The notes below the pieces were generated by a model. That model searched no databases and was not told the origin of the DNA. It saw only the letters and a list, made by a program, of their open reading frames with translations. From Octopus vulgaris (lineage: Eukaryota), in contig OX597826.1 in assembly GCA_951406725.2 (NCBI GenBank), forward strand, positions 49,414,001-49,478,000: a stretch of DNA of 64,000 nt. The letters run 5' to 3'. Within the stretch, counting starts at the first letter, position 1. Each line of letters starts with the position of its first letter. Shown piece after piece: positions 28,382 through 44,155 of this stretch. The position numbers and the translations under genes are program-made.

Positions 28382-29441
28382 CATATATTATTGCGGTGTA
28401 ACGTACCCCTTTCTCCTATGTGTATATATATATATAGAGAGAGAGAGAGACAGAGAGAGAAAGAGAGAGAGAGAGAGATGTATGTATATATGTATATATG
28501 TATGTTTGTATGCATGTATGTATGAATATGCGTGTATGCACCTATATACTCTTGAATCTTCTTCCAAATCATTTATATATCGGCCGCATCCTATGACTAT
28601 AATTATCTGAAAAAAAAAATGAATTAAACAAACATACGGATATAAACTACTTCTTAGTTGATGCCATATCTTGAAAGAAATTGGAGAGGAAGAGTGCGGG
28701 GTGGGGTGGGGTGGAAGATATCAAGGGAAGTGCAGATTAAGAAGAAAAAGAAGATTTGCAGAATAAGGAACGGTCGATGCTGGAACTTTGGTAGCACCTT
28801 CAGTTTTGTTCGCGGTTTGTAATTTTGTCTGTTAGCGGTGTGAACCAGTGCAAAACATAGACTTGTGGTCAGAGATGCACTTGACATTTATCTCTGATTT
28901 ATCTTATCTCTCTCTTTCTCTTTCTCTCTTTCCTTGTTTATTTTTGTTGGAAGATGTAGTTAACAATGGCGGTGATGGAGCTGGTAGGAGGTGGTAGTGG
29001 TGGCGGCGGTACCAACCAGCAGTATGTAGTCTATGTTATTAGGATTAACATTGTTGAAGAATATCTTTAAGTATGTATGCACGTGTGTATTTATAAATAT
29101 TATAAGCACATACGCAAATATACATATAAAATTGATTAGCCCTCTGGCCAGATACCCAAGAGGTGGTTGAATGGTTTAAGCTTCTAGAAATTAGTAACAA
29201 TTGTATATCTTGCAACAAGATATAGTGAACTGTTATATCACTATTAACCTGATCGTCTTTAATAAAGCCTTGATTTATAGCATGAGAAATTCCGATTTGT
29301 CCCGAATTGAAATAGATATAATATTTTCTGCGTGAGTGACTTTAGTAGATTTTGATTACAGATTATGGAGTAGATTAGATAGGGAGATTGCTTTTGATAT
29401 AGCAATGGGGTAATCTGACTCTGCACAAGTCACTGACCTAA

Positions 29442-29516
<75 letters not shown>

Positions 29517-29868
29517 TCTGTGTGGAAATTCCTCAAAATTTTAGTAAGAATCATAGACTGGAAGAAAATGACATACCTGAACAATGAAACGGTCCTGCTC
29601 CCAGATTCATCTCCAACAAACACTAAACCTCTTTGTTACACTTATTTTTCTAGCTCTCAACCTTCACGGTTGCCTCTTCCGTTCATGGGCACATTTCGTA
29701 TTTTAAAATTTTTTGTGAAACAAAGAATCTGTGGTGACGTGGAATCCATTCTCCTACCTTACCTGACACCAACAAGAGAGATACCAGGTGACAATAACAT
29801 AGAGTTATTATTTCACAATTCCTGCGATTTCATAAAATGTCCCTAACGGTTCCTCGATTCTTGTAACC

Positions 29869-30177
29869 CAATGTTTTTCAACCGGGGTTCATATAGTCCT
29901 CGGGGATCTTTATCAGGTTTTGTGGTTAAAATTTGTGCAATAAACTGGTTATACTTCTGCAACACTTGAAATATTTTAACAGTTACTCTTTTACTCTTTT
30001 ACTTGTTTCAGTCATTGGAGCACCGCCTTTAGTCGAGCAAATCGACCCCGGGACTTATTCTTTGGAAGCCTAGTACTTATTCTATCGGTCTCTTTTGCCG
30101 AACCACTAAGTTACGGGGACGTAAACACACCACCATCGGTTGTCAAGCGATGTTGGGGGACAAGCACAGATATGCAA

Positions 30178-30244
<67 letters not shown>

Positions 30245-30544
30245 CGACGGGCTTCTTTCAGTTTCCGTTTACTAAATCCACTCACAAGGCTTTGATCGCC
30301 CCGCGGCTACAGAAGAGACTTACCTAAGGTGCCACGCAGTTGGACTGAACCTGGAACCATGTGGCTGGTATGCAAGCTACTTACCACACAGCCACTCCTA
30401 CGCTCATTCTTAATACAATATCTTATAAATTTTGATTATGAAAATATAACCGGATTTTTAAAACCTAGAATGCCTATGAGGGTCCATTGGAATCAAATAG
30501 GAATCAGAGGGGTTCTTAGGTAAAAAAATTGTTGAAAGCCACAG
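29869..30544. mobile_element. hAT-like MITE interrupted by a family A SINE (29984-30403, -)
   Basis: Degenerate TIRs CAATGTTTTTCAACC / TGTTGAAAGCCACAG; related 5' end at ~53057-53205. Confidence 0.55.
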
Positions 30545-30976
30545 TTTTAATCATTATCACCAATGGTGAAAAAACAGACCTTTGATCAAAGGCGTTCTAG
30601 TCATAACAGTCCTGCCTTTTTTGTAGATATTGTATGTATTTTCGAATAACAGTTATCTAGAATTTATTTATTTACTTATTTATTTGTTTATTTATTTATT
30701 TTGGCTAAGACTGAGAGAGATTTGATTGCTATTTCTAGCTGAGTGATCGAGCGAGCAGCTAGCGGTTCTCTCGTGAGCCGGAGGACATTTGACTGAAGTA
30801 GGATCTCTTAAGTTTCCATCTTAAAGACATAAAGATGGGATGGTCATGGCTGGAGCGCATTTTGGTTACTGGTGCATTCGATCGAGGCTAATCTGAAGCT
30901 GAGCAACGTAACTAGAACATAATGACAACAGCAACAACAACTGCTACTACTACCTCTGCTCCTGCTCCTGCTGCTG

Positions 30977-31045
<69 letters not shown>

Positions 31046-31610
31046 TTTCTACTACTACTATAGTTGTTATCACTACTTGGCATTCTCTCTTCTTCCACAT
31101 CAGTACCACAGACACAGAGTCTGAATTTTCTTCTTTTTTTTTACTATTTTGACCTGTCAGCGCTAATTAAATATTCTCCTATACTTGTACCCCTGACCAG
31201 TGGTGCTATATTGACTCAACAAGTACTCTTGACATCTTTAGTACCTCCAGACCAACTTTAACCCAATGGGTCATTGCCTCCGTCTGCATCGGATCATCTC
31301 ATTAATAATGTCCATTTATGTCTAATGATACTTTCATTTAACTATCATACTGCTTCTCCTCCGAGTAACTGCCTTAACACGATTCTGTCGGAATAACTAT
31401 AGATTTCAATAAATTTTGAGAAAATATTCAACAAAAAGTATTAGGAGTTCAATAAAAATCATGTTTGTTTGGTAGTATCACATCGCCTAACTGGACCTAG
31501 TTCTATTCAGGTCTAAGTTGATTATCCATCTTTGGCAGCAAATGTGTTTCGCCTCTGAACATTTGGAATATATAAGAGTGTGACTGATAACACTGTGTAA
31601 CCCGCTTATA

Positions 31611-31795
31611 AGGCGGCTGTCAAGCAGGACCTCGCTCGAGCTGAGTTATAGCAAAGGTTTGGCAACCAGGCAGTTGCAGAAGCAGCCAGCAGAACCATGG
31701 AAGAATGGCGAGTACATATGATACAACAGGTCGCAAGGCGTTGCATCGACGCTATCACTCCAGAAAATTGTGTTCAATGGTATAGGCACACCTAG
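31611..31795 (+). pseudogene. Tc1/IS630-like transposase C-terminal remnant
   Basis: PAYKAAVKQDLAR...MIQQVARRCIDAITPENCVQWYRHT*. Confidence 0.6.
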
Positions 31796-32527
31796 ACCAA
31801 TTGAGATGCCTCGACCGCCAGGAAATAGACGGCTAAATCCTCTCAAACGAACTCTCCTTATCAAGACTGTAAATCAATAATTATCTTAGTGTACCCTTTC
31901 CCCGATGAAAGAGAAAAGTGCAAAATCAAAGAAATATATACTTTATCTAACAAGACATATTAGGCAAAGGAAGAACAAATATATCACAACATAATGTATT
32001 CAAAATTCAAAGGAACTGAGCAATTGTTGTAATTGCGAGTTTCCTTAAAAAGATTGAAAAGGCTGGAATGTGATTTCATGAAGTCTTTAACAATAAATAT
32101 TTGTACCTGTGCAAAAATAAAAGAATGCATAGAAAAGACATGGGTACGAAAGAGTGCTTACAACAAAAACAATGGATGAAAACACATGATTATGATAACA
32201 ATGATCATGAGATAAAACCAAAAGAGCTATCGTGCTAATTTGATTGCTCAAAGTGTTAAATTCCGGAACGAATTTGAATGCTCGAAAAGACGCTTCCTCA
32301 CATTCTGATTAATTTGAATGCTGTCGACGGGCATTTTAATTTGACTGATGTAAATGCTAAATTCTTTGACTGAAGTGCAAAACTAAATGATCGAAAAACG
32401 AATTTGAAGGACTAACTTCATGGCACTAATTTTTTCGCTATTTTGAATGACCCGATTATCAAATTGACTGACAAATGTACGAAAATGACTGCAAAACCTA
32501 TATTATTATTATTATTATTATTATTAT

Positions 32528-33062
32528 TGAGTGAAAGAGCAGTGCATGCCATCCAAGTGACACTGGGGTAAAATATACGAAGCTCAGTATACCCATCATG
32601 ACTACCCGTCTCATAAGGGTACACCAGGCATATGCATCACAACCATATGCGTGCAACATGGTGATCTCATATCATGATAAACAGCGCATGACCTTGCAGG
32701 TGGGGCCCAGTTAGAATTTTCTTCTGGTCGAGTAGCCCATCCCGCTCAAAAGGTCCCTGAATAAGGATTGTTTAAGGATGTTGAACGAACCACTCATGTT
32801 TCCAAAGGTGAATTATTCAAACCTCTAAGAATTCCTTTCTACCCACTATTTCTGCTCGTGATCAGAGATGCACATATCGTCAGCCACTAAGGGACATGTT
32901 CAACTGGTTAAGGTCAAACAACTGACAAGCAAATCTGTGGTATTGAGCAGAATATTTACTGTAGCCCATCTTTTATACGAAGACAAAACAATATACATGA
33001 TAACACTTCCAATGAGTTAAGATCAGAAACCATGAGAGCCACTGTCTGGTACTTCATCAGGG

Positions 33063-33064
<2 letters not shown>
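32528..33064 (-). mobile_element. Near full-length non-coding repeat family D, flanked by (TAA)n
   Basis: Three copies in the window; (ATT)n on both sides; no meaningful ORF. Confidence 0.8.
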
Positions 33065-33093
<29 letters not shown>

Positions 33094-33254
33094 GTTGTTG
33101 TTGTTGTTGTTGTTGTTGTCGTTGTTGTTGTTCTTCTTCTTATTATTGTTGTTGTTGTTCTTCTTATTATTATTATTACTATTATTATTATTGTTGTTGT
33201 TGTTGTTGCTGTTATTGTTATTATTATTATTATTATTATTGTTGTTGTTGTTGA

Positions 33255-33302
<48 letters not shown>

Positions 33303-33735
33303 TCGCATTATACGTTTGTAATATACAAGAGCAGTAGTGAGGTGATAATAAAGACGATAAGGATGATGAGGATGGTGAGGATAATGACGATGACGATGAC
33401 AATGGCAATGATGGGGATGAGGTGACGATGACAACGCGGAGGAGAACGAGGACGATAGCGCTGACTATGACGATGATGATGACGATGAGGATTGTAGCAA
33501 TGTTGCCCAGCACCGACTCTAATGGTTGTTGTTGTTGTTCTTGTTGCTCTGGTGGTGGTGGTGGTGGTGGTGGTGGTCGTCGTCGTCGTCGTCGTAATGG
33601 TGATGGTGTTGGTGGCGGTGGTGACGGCGATGATGGTGGTGGTGATGGTGTTACTGCTGTTGTTGCTGCTGCTGCTGCTGATGATGATGATGATGAGGAT
33701 GATGATGATGATGCTGGTAGTGATGATGGTGTTGA
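33065..33735. repeat. Compound trinucleotide microsatellite (ATT/GTT/GAT/GGT/GCT)
   Basis: Direct; similar tracts at 18290-18455, 30920-31070, 40670-41010, 52590-52765, 54930-55215. Confidence 0.95.
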
Positions 33736-33904
33736 TACACTGGAGTCAGACGGCACGTGGCACGTCTTTTCACCCAACCAACACAATTGCTTATGTAATA
33801 GAAGAACTAGCGAGATGTCAAGTAGCGGTTTCCTAGATTAACGATGTTTTTATAAATCCTTCCGTCACATCATTAAAATAAAACACCCTTATCCTAACAG
33901 ACAA

Positions 33905-33940
<36 letters not shown>

Positions 33941-33943
33941 TTG

Positions 33944-34054
<111 letters not shown>

Positions 34055-34337
34055 CGTTATCAATGTGTTCCTATAAGTATGTATGTAATGCATGCACAGG
34101 TGCGTGTATGTATAAATGAGTATACATATATATGCATATACGCATATGTATGTGTGTGTATATGTGTGTATATGTGTGTATGTGTATGTATGTGTGTGTG
34201 TGTGTGTATAGTCCATGACAATAGGCAAACGGAAACTTTAATGTGCGTGTGTGTGTGTGTGTGTGTGTATGCGCAAGTGTGTGTATAAATAAACACGCAT
34301 ATACATATATATTTACATATGTGTATATGTATATGTA

Positions 34338-34790
<453 letters not shown>

Positions 34791-34798
34791 AAATAAAT

Positions 34799-34992
34799 GA
34801 GGTCAGGTATGGGGGTATGTGCCGTTACAGCGCGTTGCAACATTCATCATTTGTTAGTATACTCCCGGGTCCTCCCGGGTGACCCACCGAACAGAGTCCC
34901 GGCCACTCCCCATCTCCGCGAGGTACTTCCTCATCTGTTATGATCATGTGGTATGCAGTCGACCAACGCGAGTTGTCAACCCAGCCTGGGAT
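34799..34992 (-). mobile_element. Degenerate RTE-clade LINE 3' end
   Basis: ...RVGR.HTT...[43 protein letters not shown] resembles RTE C-termini. Confidence 0.55.
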
Positions 34993-36954
34993 CTAACCTA
35001 TAAAATCGAACAACATGGCCAAGCAGTCTAAGCTGGCACTTTTGAATTATACAAGTAACAGGACGCATCCCAGTTCCTGAGAAGAGTTGTTGGTTGCCGC
35101 CAGCCTCTTCAGTCGCAATCTCAACTCAGCCACAAGCTTGTGGCTGATACCATAGAAACTAAAACTCAAAAAAAAAAAAAACCTTGCAGTTCTCTAGGAG
35201 TCTCCAGTGGCCATCTACAAGTACGTGGTCGATCTCCTTTGTCACACGACCAGTACTGGAATACGAAGTCCAGCGATGCAAAGTCCATGGCTTTTGGCAA
35301 AGTCCAGGATCATCACACCCCTTTCATTCCTTACACGCTGGGCAAAATGCCAAGCGGCACTTTGTCCGTCTTTACATTCTGAGTTCAAATTCCGCCGCGG
35401 TCGACTTTGCCTTTCATCCCCAACTGAGCACTGGGATCAACTTACCCACTTACTCGAAATTGCTGGTCTTGTGCCAACATTTAAAATCATTATTATTATC
35501 ATTATTATTAATGATAATAATATTCCGCCAAGGTTGACTTTGCTTTTCATCCTCTCGGGGGCGATAAATTAAGTACCAGTCAAATACTGAGGTCGATGTA
35601 ATCGACTATCTCCCTCCCCTCAAATTTCAGGCCTTGTGCCTATAGTAGAAAGGATTATTGTTATTATTAGTGCGGCAAACAGGCATAATAGTTAGTGCGT
35701 CGGACAAAATGCTTAGCGGCATTTCTTCCAGCTCTTTACGTTCGGACTTCACAATTCGCCAAGGTCGACTCTACTTTCCATCATTTCGGGGTCGATAAAA
35801 TAAAGTACCAGTTAAACAATGGCGTCAATGAAATCGACTTAGACTTCTCCTAAAGTTGCTGGCTTTGTGCCAAAATTTGAAATCAAACTTAGAGAGAAGT
35901 ATTACTATTTTTGTTGTTGGTGTTGTCTGTCTCTAGATCAGTCCTGATCGGATAGGGTTTAGGATCAAAAGTTTTCAACGTAAGACCATCCCGTCCATCT
36001 TTCATCTTCTCTCCCCGCCATCATCACCAGGCTATGTTTATCTGTATAAATTCCCCCTTGGCTCAATTGTCTTCCGTGTATTTTGAGTATAAAAATCTCG
36101 ATACACCAAACTTGGAAAATGTGTGATCTTCCCTTCCCTTCCCCACATTTTGTTTTTTAAAGAATAAGGTGTGGTTTGAGGGAGAAATTGACTGCTATTT
36201 TTAGTAGCTCTAGCGATAGCATAGAAGCTTCCTCCGCTACCTTTGAGCTCTACGTTCAATACCTTCGTGCCGATACGGTCCATATCTGTTCTGTTACACG
36301 ATGAACGCGTTTGACTTCTTAGTACTACCGGTGTGTGTTCTTAAGATCTGTTCTGTGTAACATTACCAGCGTACCAAACACTGCCCAACCCCTCATCACC
36401 ACGTCCTTGCCAATACTTTTGGAAACAATTACCTCGTTTGATGCACAACAGATAAATTACTTCCGAGACCCATATTATGCCATTCCCATTCTTCTGAAGA
36501 ATTTTCTCGAACAATTAGGAAACGAGATGAAACTTAAATCCCTTTGATCTTTTGCAGAGCTTTCTTGCTTGGAGATGTGAAGCTGAAATTCTTTCTAAAC
36601 ACTTCATTCTGTTTTTTCTTCTCTTCTTTTCTTTCAAGTTTTCTTTCATTCTTCGAGCTTTCTTTTTATTATCTGAAATTTGAAGACTGCGAGTTGGCAA
36701 AAGGGATGGAACCCCCGATTAAATATGTTACACTAAATATTTTCTTTCTTCTTACATCCTAGGTTCAAATTCACTTTGAGTTCGACTTTTTCTCCCGTTC
36801 TACCAAGGGTCGTTAAATTCAACCCCAGTAATGTATTCTTTGGAATTCCATTGTCCCTACTTCCTCTACTTGAAATTCTTGGTCTTCTGCCAAACCATCG
36901 CTCTCTCTCTCTCTCTCTCTCTCCTTTTCTCTCTGTCTGTCTGTCGTTTCCCAC

Positions 36955-37019
<65 letters not shown>

Positions 37020-38806
37020 TCTCTTTCTCTCTCGCTCATATGTGAAACTTCGTCGTCTGAATAACAACTTGGATATTCTTTGTTGTTGTTGTTTTTGCCC
37101 AAGTGTAGCCCTAAACGCGCAAATCTATGACCAGCTGCTTTACTCTACGCAGTTTTGCAGTCTGCTAGAAATAGCAGTAAAATCTCCCTAAGGCCACTCC
37201 CTGCCTTATTAAATAGGCAAAAGCTCAACAGTCTTTGATTCATAATCCGAAAACAAAGTTATACTGACCATTGAAACAATTGTAGATCTGTTTGATCATT
37301 GCTGACCTGGGGCTAAACAAGAACAACAAACACCACTATAAATACTAAAGAAATTGTAAGCTAATGAAGGACATGCCATTTCAAAGTGAGAATAACGATT
37401 TTAAAATGAAAACATGCTCCTTTAAAGTGCAAAAACTTATTCCAAAGTGGGGTTATGTCACCTTAAAATGAGTCTAGCTATTTTAAAACGAAGTCATGAA
37501 TTTAAAAAATTTAAGGCGGCCAGTTGGCAGAAACACTAACATGCCGGACAAAACGTTTAGCGGCGTTTCGTCCGTTTTTACGCTCTGGGTTCAAATTCCG
37601 CCGGTGTCGACTTTGCCTTTTCTCCTTTCAGGGCCGATAAAATAAAGACCAGTTGAGCTCTGGGGTCGATGTAATTGACTTAGCCCCTCCTCAGAAATTG
37701 CTAGCTTTGTGCCAAAATTTGAAATCAAAGTGATGTAATTATGTCACTGGTCAAGAATACAAAAATTTATCTTCACTTTGGGAAGTGTAGCAGGGAAGAC
37801 TTTATAAATTGGAAAATATAATCATCAACCCCTGGACATTATGTCTTGGTCCTGAGACTCATAGGGCTGATTACCAGGTTTCCATAGCGTATAAGGGGCC
37901 AAGATCACAACATTCTGTTAGCTTGCTTTCTTCGTTTCAACACGTTGTGTATTTATAGCGAAAAATATTGTATATGGTCAGACGATCTAAAGTCTATATT
38001 TCAGCATATTGGCATAGAAAATTGTTTTCTTTTGCCCTTATTTTATAATTGTTTATAATTTTCACCTTAAAAGATATTTTAGTATGCTGGCCACTGATAA
38101 AATTCTTTTTTGAAAAATTTTATCCCTATATTGGAAGTGTATATATATATATATAAATAGAAATTCCTTCGTACAGTACTATATTTCTGAAAAAATGAAT
38201 TTTTCTGATAATTTTTCCACTTCAATAATTAGATGTTCATAAGTTATTAGGTGCTATTAAAGTGGAAAAATTATCAGAAAAGCCATTTCTAATCAACTAA
38301 TTATAAATCTCTGGGCGAGAAAACTGTAGTAACAGTACCGTACAATGGTCTTTTTGCCCCATTATAGCAAAGAAGAATGCGATGACCAAAGATATGGTCG
38401 TGTTCTCTCCTGCATCAACTGAAGCATGAACGATACATAAAAACCCATCAAAACGAAATCAAAGCAAGAACCAGGGCTTGAACTCGTAACGGCTGTTTCT
38501 ATGATTACGATGCTTACAAAACTTTCCTGAGCGAGCTGTTTACGTCTGGCGCGTATTAATTATGTATTCCATTATCTTTTAAGACTATTTATAAATCAAG
38601 AAATACAATCACCACAACATCTTATCATAGAAGTACCCGTTGACATCTTCGAGAATTTTTTGTTTTTATTTTTCATACGTACCCGGAGAGACCTAGATAT
38701 ACGCATTCATCCACGCACACACAAGCGCACGCACATACACACATTTACAGATATATATTTATACATAGACATTTATATATATATGCATCTCTCTCTAACA
38801 CACACA

Positions 38807-38849
<43 letters not shown>

Positions 38850-38990
38850 ATTTATTTATATATTTAAATATATATATATACATATATATATACACATACA
38901 TACATACATACCTGCATACATACATACATACATACATACCTACATACATACCTACATACATACATACATACATACATACATACATACATT

Positions 38991-39040
<50 letters not shown>

Positions 39041-39173
39041 TAAACATTACGTATTTGACTAAATATACGTGTATATAAGCATAAATATATATATATAGAT
39101 ATGTGTAAATATATATGCATATTTGCAGACATGTATGTATATATGTACATGCATGCAAATATAAGGTGAGAGT

Positions 39174-39207
<34 letters not shown>

Positions 39208-39335
39208 TGCAGACAGACCAAAACACAAAGAGAGAAAAAGATAAAAGATATGTCAGTGCACGTGTGCGTGTATATATATATATGTGTGTATGTACATAAG
39301 CACACAAATATATACAGGCATATAGATATAATATA

Positions 39336-39404
<69 letters not shown>

Positions 39405-39414
39405 GTATGTATAT

Positions 39415-39445
<31 letters not shown>

Positions 39446-39674
39446 AGCAGACATAATCAAAAGTAGATTTTCTTCGTCGACGATAATTGAAAAGAGAAAA
39501 CATATAAAGCAAGTATAATATTAAAAAAAAAATTTAACTACAAAAAGCATTTAGGTGTTGTCATGACGTCATCAAGATTGGATTTCAGTTGAGTATAGGT
39601 GAACATTATTATTGTCATCTTTTAAAAGAGCGTTTTTGCTGTTATTGCTGTTGCTGTTGCTGCTGTTGCTGTTG

Positions 39675-39706
<32 letters not shown>

Positions 39707-39880
39707 GTTGTTGTTGGTGGTGTTCTTATTGTTGTGGTTGTTGCGTTATGTCGATCGTTATTACATTCGTTCAACTCCACATCACACTTACACACACTGA
39801 GGAACACACATAGACACAATATATGTATTTGAGTGTGCGTGTATGTATGGCTATATATATATATATACATAGATAGACAG

Positions 39881-39920
<40 letters not shown>

Positions 39921-39960
39921 GTATATATGTATGTATATATGTATATATATGTATATATAT

Positions 39961-40002
<42 letters not shown>

Positions 40003-40094
40003 AATGTATATATATATATACGCACACATATATATATATATGATGTATTTAATATACACATATACATACATACATTCAGCATGTGTGTGATATG

Positions 40095-40131
<37 letters not shown>

Positions 40132-40260
40132 TACATATATATATTTGTGTATATATTTATATATATATATCTTTATAAAGATAATACATATGTGTATTAC
40201 ATGTAATACCTGTATTATAAATATATATGTATTTATACATACATAAATACATACGTACAT

Positions 40261-40337
<77 letters not shown>

Positions 40338-41303
40338 TACGTGCGTACTTACTGCATAAGCACACAGTCATAATAATGGTAGGCACACAACAGTCTTGTA
40401 AAAGATCTGTTAAGGGTTTTTGACGTGTATGATGTATTGTTTGAATTCTTAAACGAACAAACCAAAACAGGCAGAATGAAAGAAAAGAAAAACGGAAAGA
40501 AAGAAACGGGTAGAAAAGGAAGAAAAAGGAGAAAGGAAAGGAAATGATACCAGAACAAAAAGAAGAGAAAAAGTTGTTATTCATTATATAAGAAACAATT
40601 AACTTAACCAAGTGGCATCGTTAAAAGTCTATATAACATTATCCATATGTGTGTATGTGTGTGAATGCTGCGATGATGATGATGGTGGTGGTGATGGTGG
40701 TGGTGGGGAGAGGAGGAGGTGGAATGTTGATGAGGGGAGAGGAGGGAAATATTGTTGTTGGTGGTGGTGGCGGCGGCGGTGGCGGTGGTGATGATGATGA
40801 TGATGATGATGATGGTGATGATGACGACAACGAAGAGGATTGTGATGGTAATGACGACAACGACGACGACGACGCAAAGATGGTTGTGGTAGTAACGATG
40901 ATGATGATGATGATGATGATGACTATGGTGGTGATTGTGGTGGTGGTGGTGGTGGTCGTCGTCGTCGTCGTCGTTGTGGTGGTGTTGGTAGTGGTGGGTG
41001 GTGGTGGTGGTCTTATTTAGCAACAATGCTGTATTCTGACAATACCCAAGAATGCCATACCAAAATCATTTGCCTGGCAATGGCATACACTCTGTCCTTA
41101 CCCACTCCCACCTCCCGGTAACCTCGCACTTACCTACAGCTTGCCCCCAGTTACCTCCGGCTTCCGCACACATACACACACACGCACATGCACACGTACA
41201 TAGATATACATGCATAGATTCTCACATTAAAAAAACCCCATATATACTTATATTTAGGCACATATACATACATACGTGTGGATAAGTACATATATATATA
41301 TAT

Positions 41304-41368
<65 letters not shown>

Positions 41369-41436
41369 CAGATACACATACACACATTATAGTATATTAG
41401 ATTATATTAGGTAGCTAGACAGTCATATAGATTGAC

Positions 41437-41472
<36 letters not shown>

Positions 41473-41485
41473 TATGTACTTATAG

Positions 41486-41570
<85 letters not shown>

Positions 41571-42620
41571 GTATACAGGGACACACAAACACATACATAT
41601 ATACACACATATATGGATGCCACTATGTATGTATGTATGTATATATGCATGTATGTATGTATGTATGTATGTATGTATGTATGTATGTATGTATGTATGT
41701 ATGTATGTATGTATGTATGTAGACTCTATAACCCATATATACAGTTGAACGATTTCGTGGAAACGAAACGAGCAAACGGTGCTTCAGTTATTTGAGCTTA
41801 ATTTAAGACTCGAAGACATCCCTCTACCCAAAATTATTCCTGTTCAAGAAGGAAGAACCTTCAGAAAAATTTGGCAGAAATAAATAAATAAATATGTAAA
41901 ACAATGACAGTAACAATAAAAAGTCGCAACCAAACAAAACAGCAAAAACATTTTGCTTTTGGGGTTTTTTTTGTATTTAGATGTTTTTTTGTTGATTTTT
42001 CTTTTGTTTACGTGTGTTTGATTTTGTTGTTCGTGTTACAGTTATTATTAATGCTTGTCTTTCCTTGATGAATAGTGGTGGTGGCAACGGAGGTGGTGGT
42101 GGTGGTGGTGGTGGTGGTTGCGACGGTGACGGTAAGGGTAAGTTGGATGTTGGGTGGTGGGTAAAAAACAAAGTAAATTTAGTGGACCATTAAAATAGAA
42201 TTCCTTCAGGAAAGTATAGCCTTTCTGGGTAAGTATATTTATATGTGTGTGCGTGTGCGCGCGCGTGCGTATAACATATATATATATATCTATACATATA
42301 TATATATATATGCATTTGTATAATTGTGAATATATGTAAACATATATATATATATATGCATATATACATACATATCTATATGTGCATGTTTGTGTATATA
42401 CAAATACATAAGCACAGGTATACATATGTATATCTCTCGCTATATATATATATATACTATTATGCATCTAAGTTTATAATTATTCATATATATGTTTATC
42501 ATATGTTTATAATTATATATATAAAGTTATTATACAGTTTCATCAGCTATTGACTGATGGTCAAGGGAATATTGGAGCACTAATCAACTGTGCACTCGCC
42601 CAAGTTCATATATAAATATC

Positions 42621-42690
<70 letters not shown>

Positions 42691-42741
42691 ACACACACAC
42701 ACACTTTATATATACGTATGTGTATACACACACACACACAG

Positions 42742-42780
<39 letters not shown>

Positions 42781-43364
42781 TCTCTCATGCACCAAATGTC
42801 AATTGCTAAAGAGCATTCGTGAAATAAAATCATGTAGCAACACCGAATAGCGGTGCCCCAGCATGGCCACATCTTGTGAGCTGAAACTAGATGAAAATGA
42901 AAAAAAAAAATGAAAATACGTGTGTATATATATATATATACACATATACATGCACAATCACACACATATACATACACACACATACATATATATAATGAAA
43001 ATAAGCTTAGAGGAATCGCTCCAGATTGGCCAGTGGTATTTATTTGAGCAACAAAGACGAATAAAGGAGTATTAAATGCTCCAAGCGATAAATTCCTGCT
43101 TTATTGAAATTGTTGAAAATATCGAAAGAGCGGGAAAATAGAATTACTTCATGCTATCTTGCACCAACTCCAAAGGAGAAAAAAAAGATAATTTCAGGAA
43201 CCGAGATTGCTCCATTAGAGAAGAGAAAACTTGACTGTCTAAAGACAAGAGGAGGGAAACGAGGACGTGTTTTTCTGCCTCAAAATGTCTCGTCAGCACA
43301 GCAATTGTTCAACATTATTTTCTACTGTGAACGGAGTACTTAGAGGTATATGTAGATGTATGAA

Positions 43365-43421
<57 letters not shown>

Positions 43422-43487
43422 TTATATGTATGTATATATATATATACATATATATATGTATGTATATATATATATACATATATCTTC

Positions 43488-43783
43488 AATAATAAAAGGG
43501 TAAAATTAATTAATTATTAATTAATAATTTTACCAAGTAGCGTTCAGTATGTAAAAAGACCATTTACGGTATATTTAAAACATTACATTATATAATTAGG
43601 GTTCAGTAAAAAAATTTTTCGTTATTTTTCCCTCTATACCTGCATGAATTATTTTTGAGTATACATTGTCTGGGAGACTTTTCTTATAGTAGAGGAAATA
43701 GCTAAAATTTTGGGGCTGCTATTTCTAAAAGTTCGGTGTGTGGTAAAGAAAATTTTTTTTACTGAACCCTAATTATATAACGT

Positions 43784-43791
<8 letters not shown>
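43488..43791. mobile_element. Truncated inverted-pair element of the HHR-unit family (no HHR retained), in (TA)n
   Basis: Inverted arms 43577-43620 / 43748-43791; family 3' hairpin at 43499-43534. Confidence 0.65.
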
Positions 43792-43842
<51 letters not shown>

Positions 43843-44155
43843 ACAAGGCATTGGTCAGCCGGAGGCTATGGTAGAAGACACTTGACCAAGGTGCCAAAAG
43901 TGGGACTGAACCCAGTACCATGTGGTTGGTAAGCAAGCTACTTATCACACAGCCACTAGCTGCTAACAGTTTCATGCACTGCAACCTGAAGATTGCCTGA
44001 AGAAGACAAGGGCATTAAGCGTAAAAGGGTATATTAAAAAAAACATACAAATTTAATACTTGATATCTGAAATCATATATATGTGTCTATGCGTGTTGGT
44101 GTGTGTGTATGTATGTATGTATCAGTATGCACATAGATATATGCATTATATATAT

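Noticed and set aside
32740-33064. HDV-like ribozyme in family D (GCCCUGA...UCAGGG)
   Set aside because: P1.1, P3 and J4/2 elements could not be placed
35184-35290. ISFVTRPVLEY, CR1-like peptide
   Set aside because: Too short and degenerate to delimit an element
38200-38282. 22-bp inverted repeat
   Set aside because: Real, but short and AT-rich; probably another truncated inverted insertion with no independent support
43980-44030. CTGAAGA-TTGCC...GGCA hammerhead-like fragment
   Set aside because: No GAAA, stem III or convincing stem I
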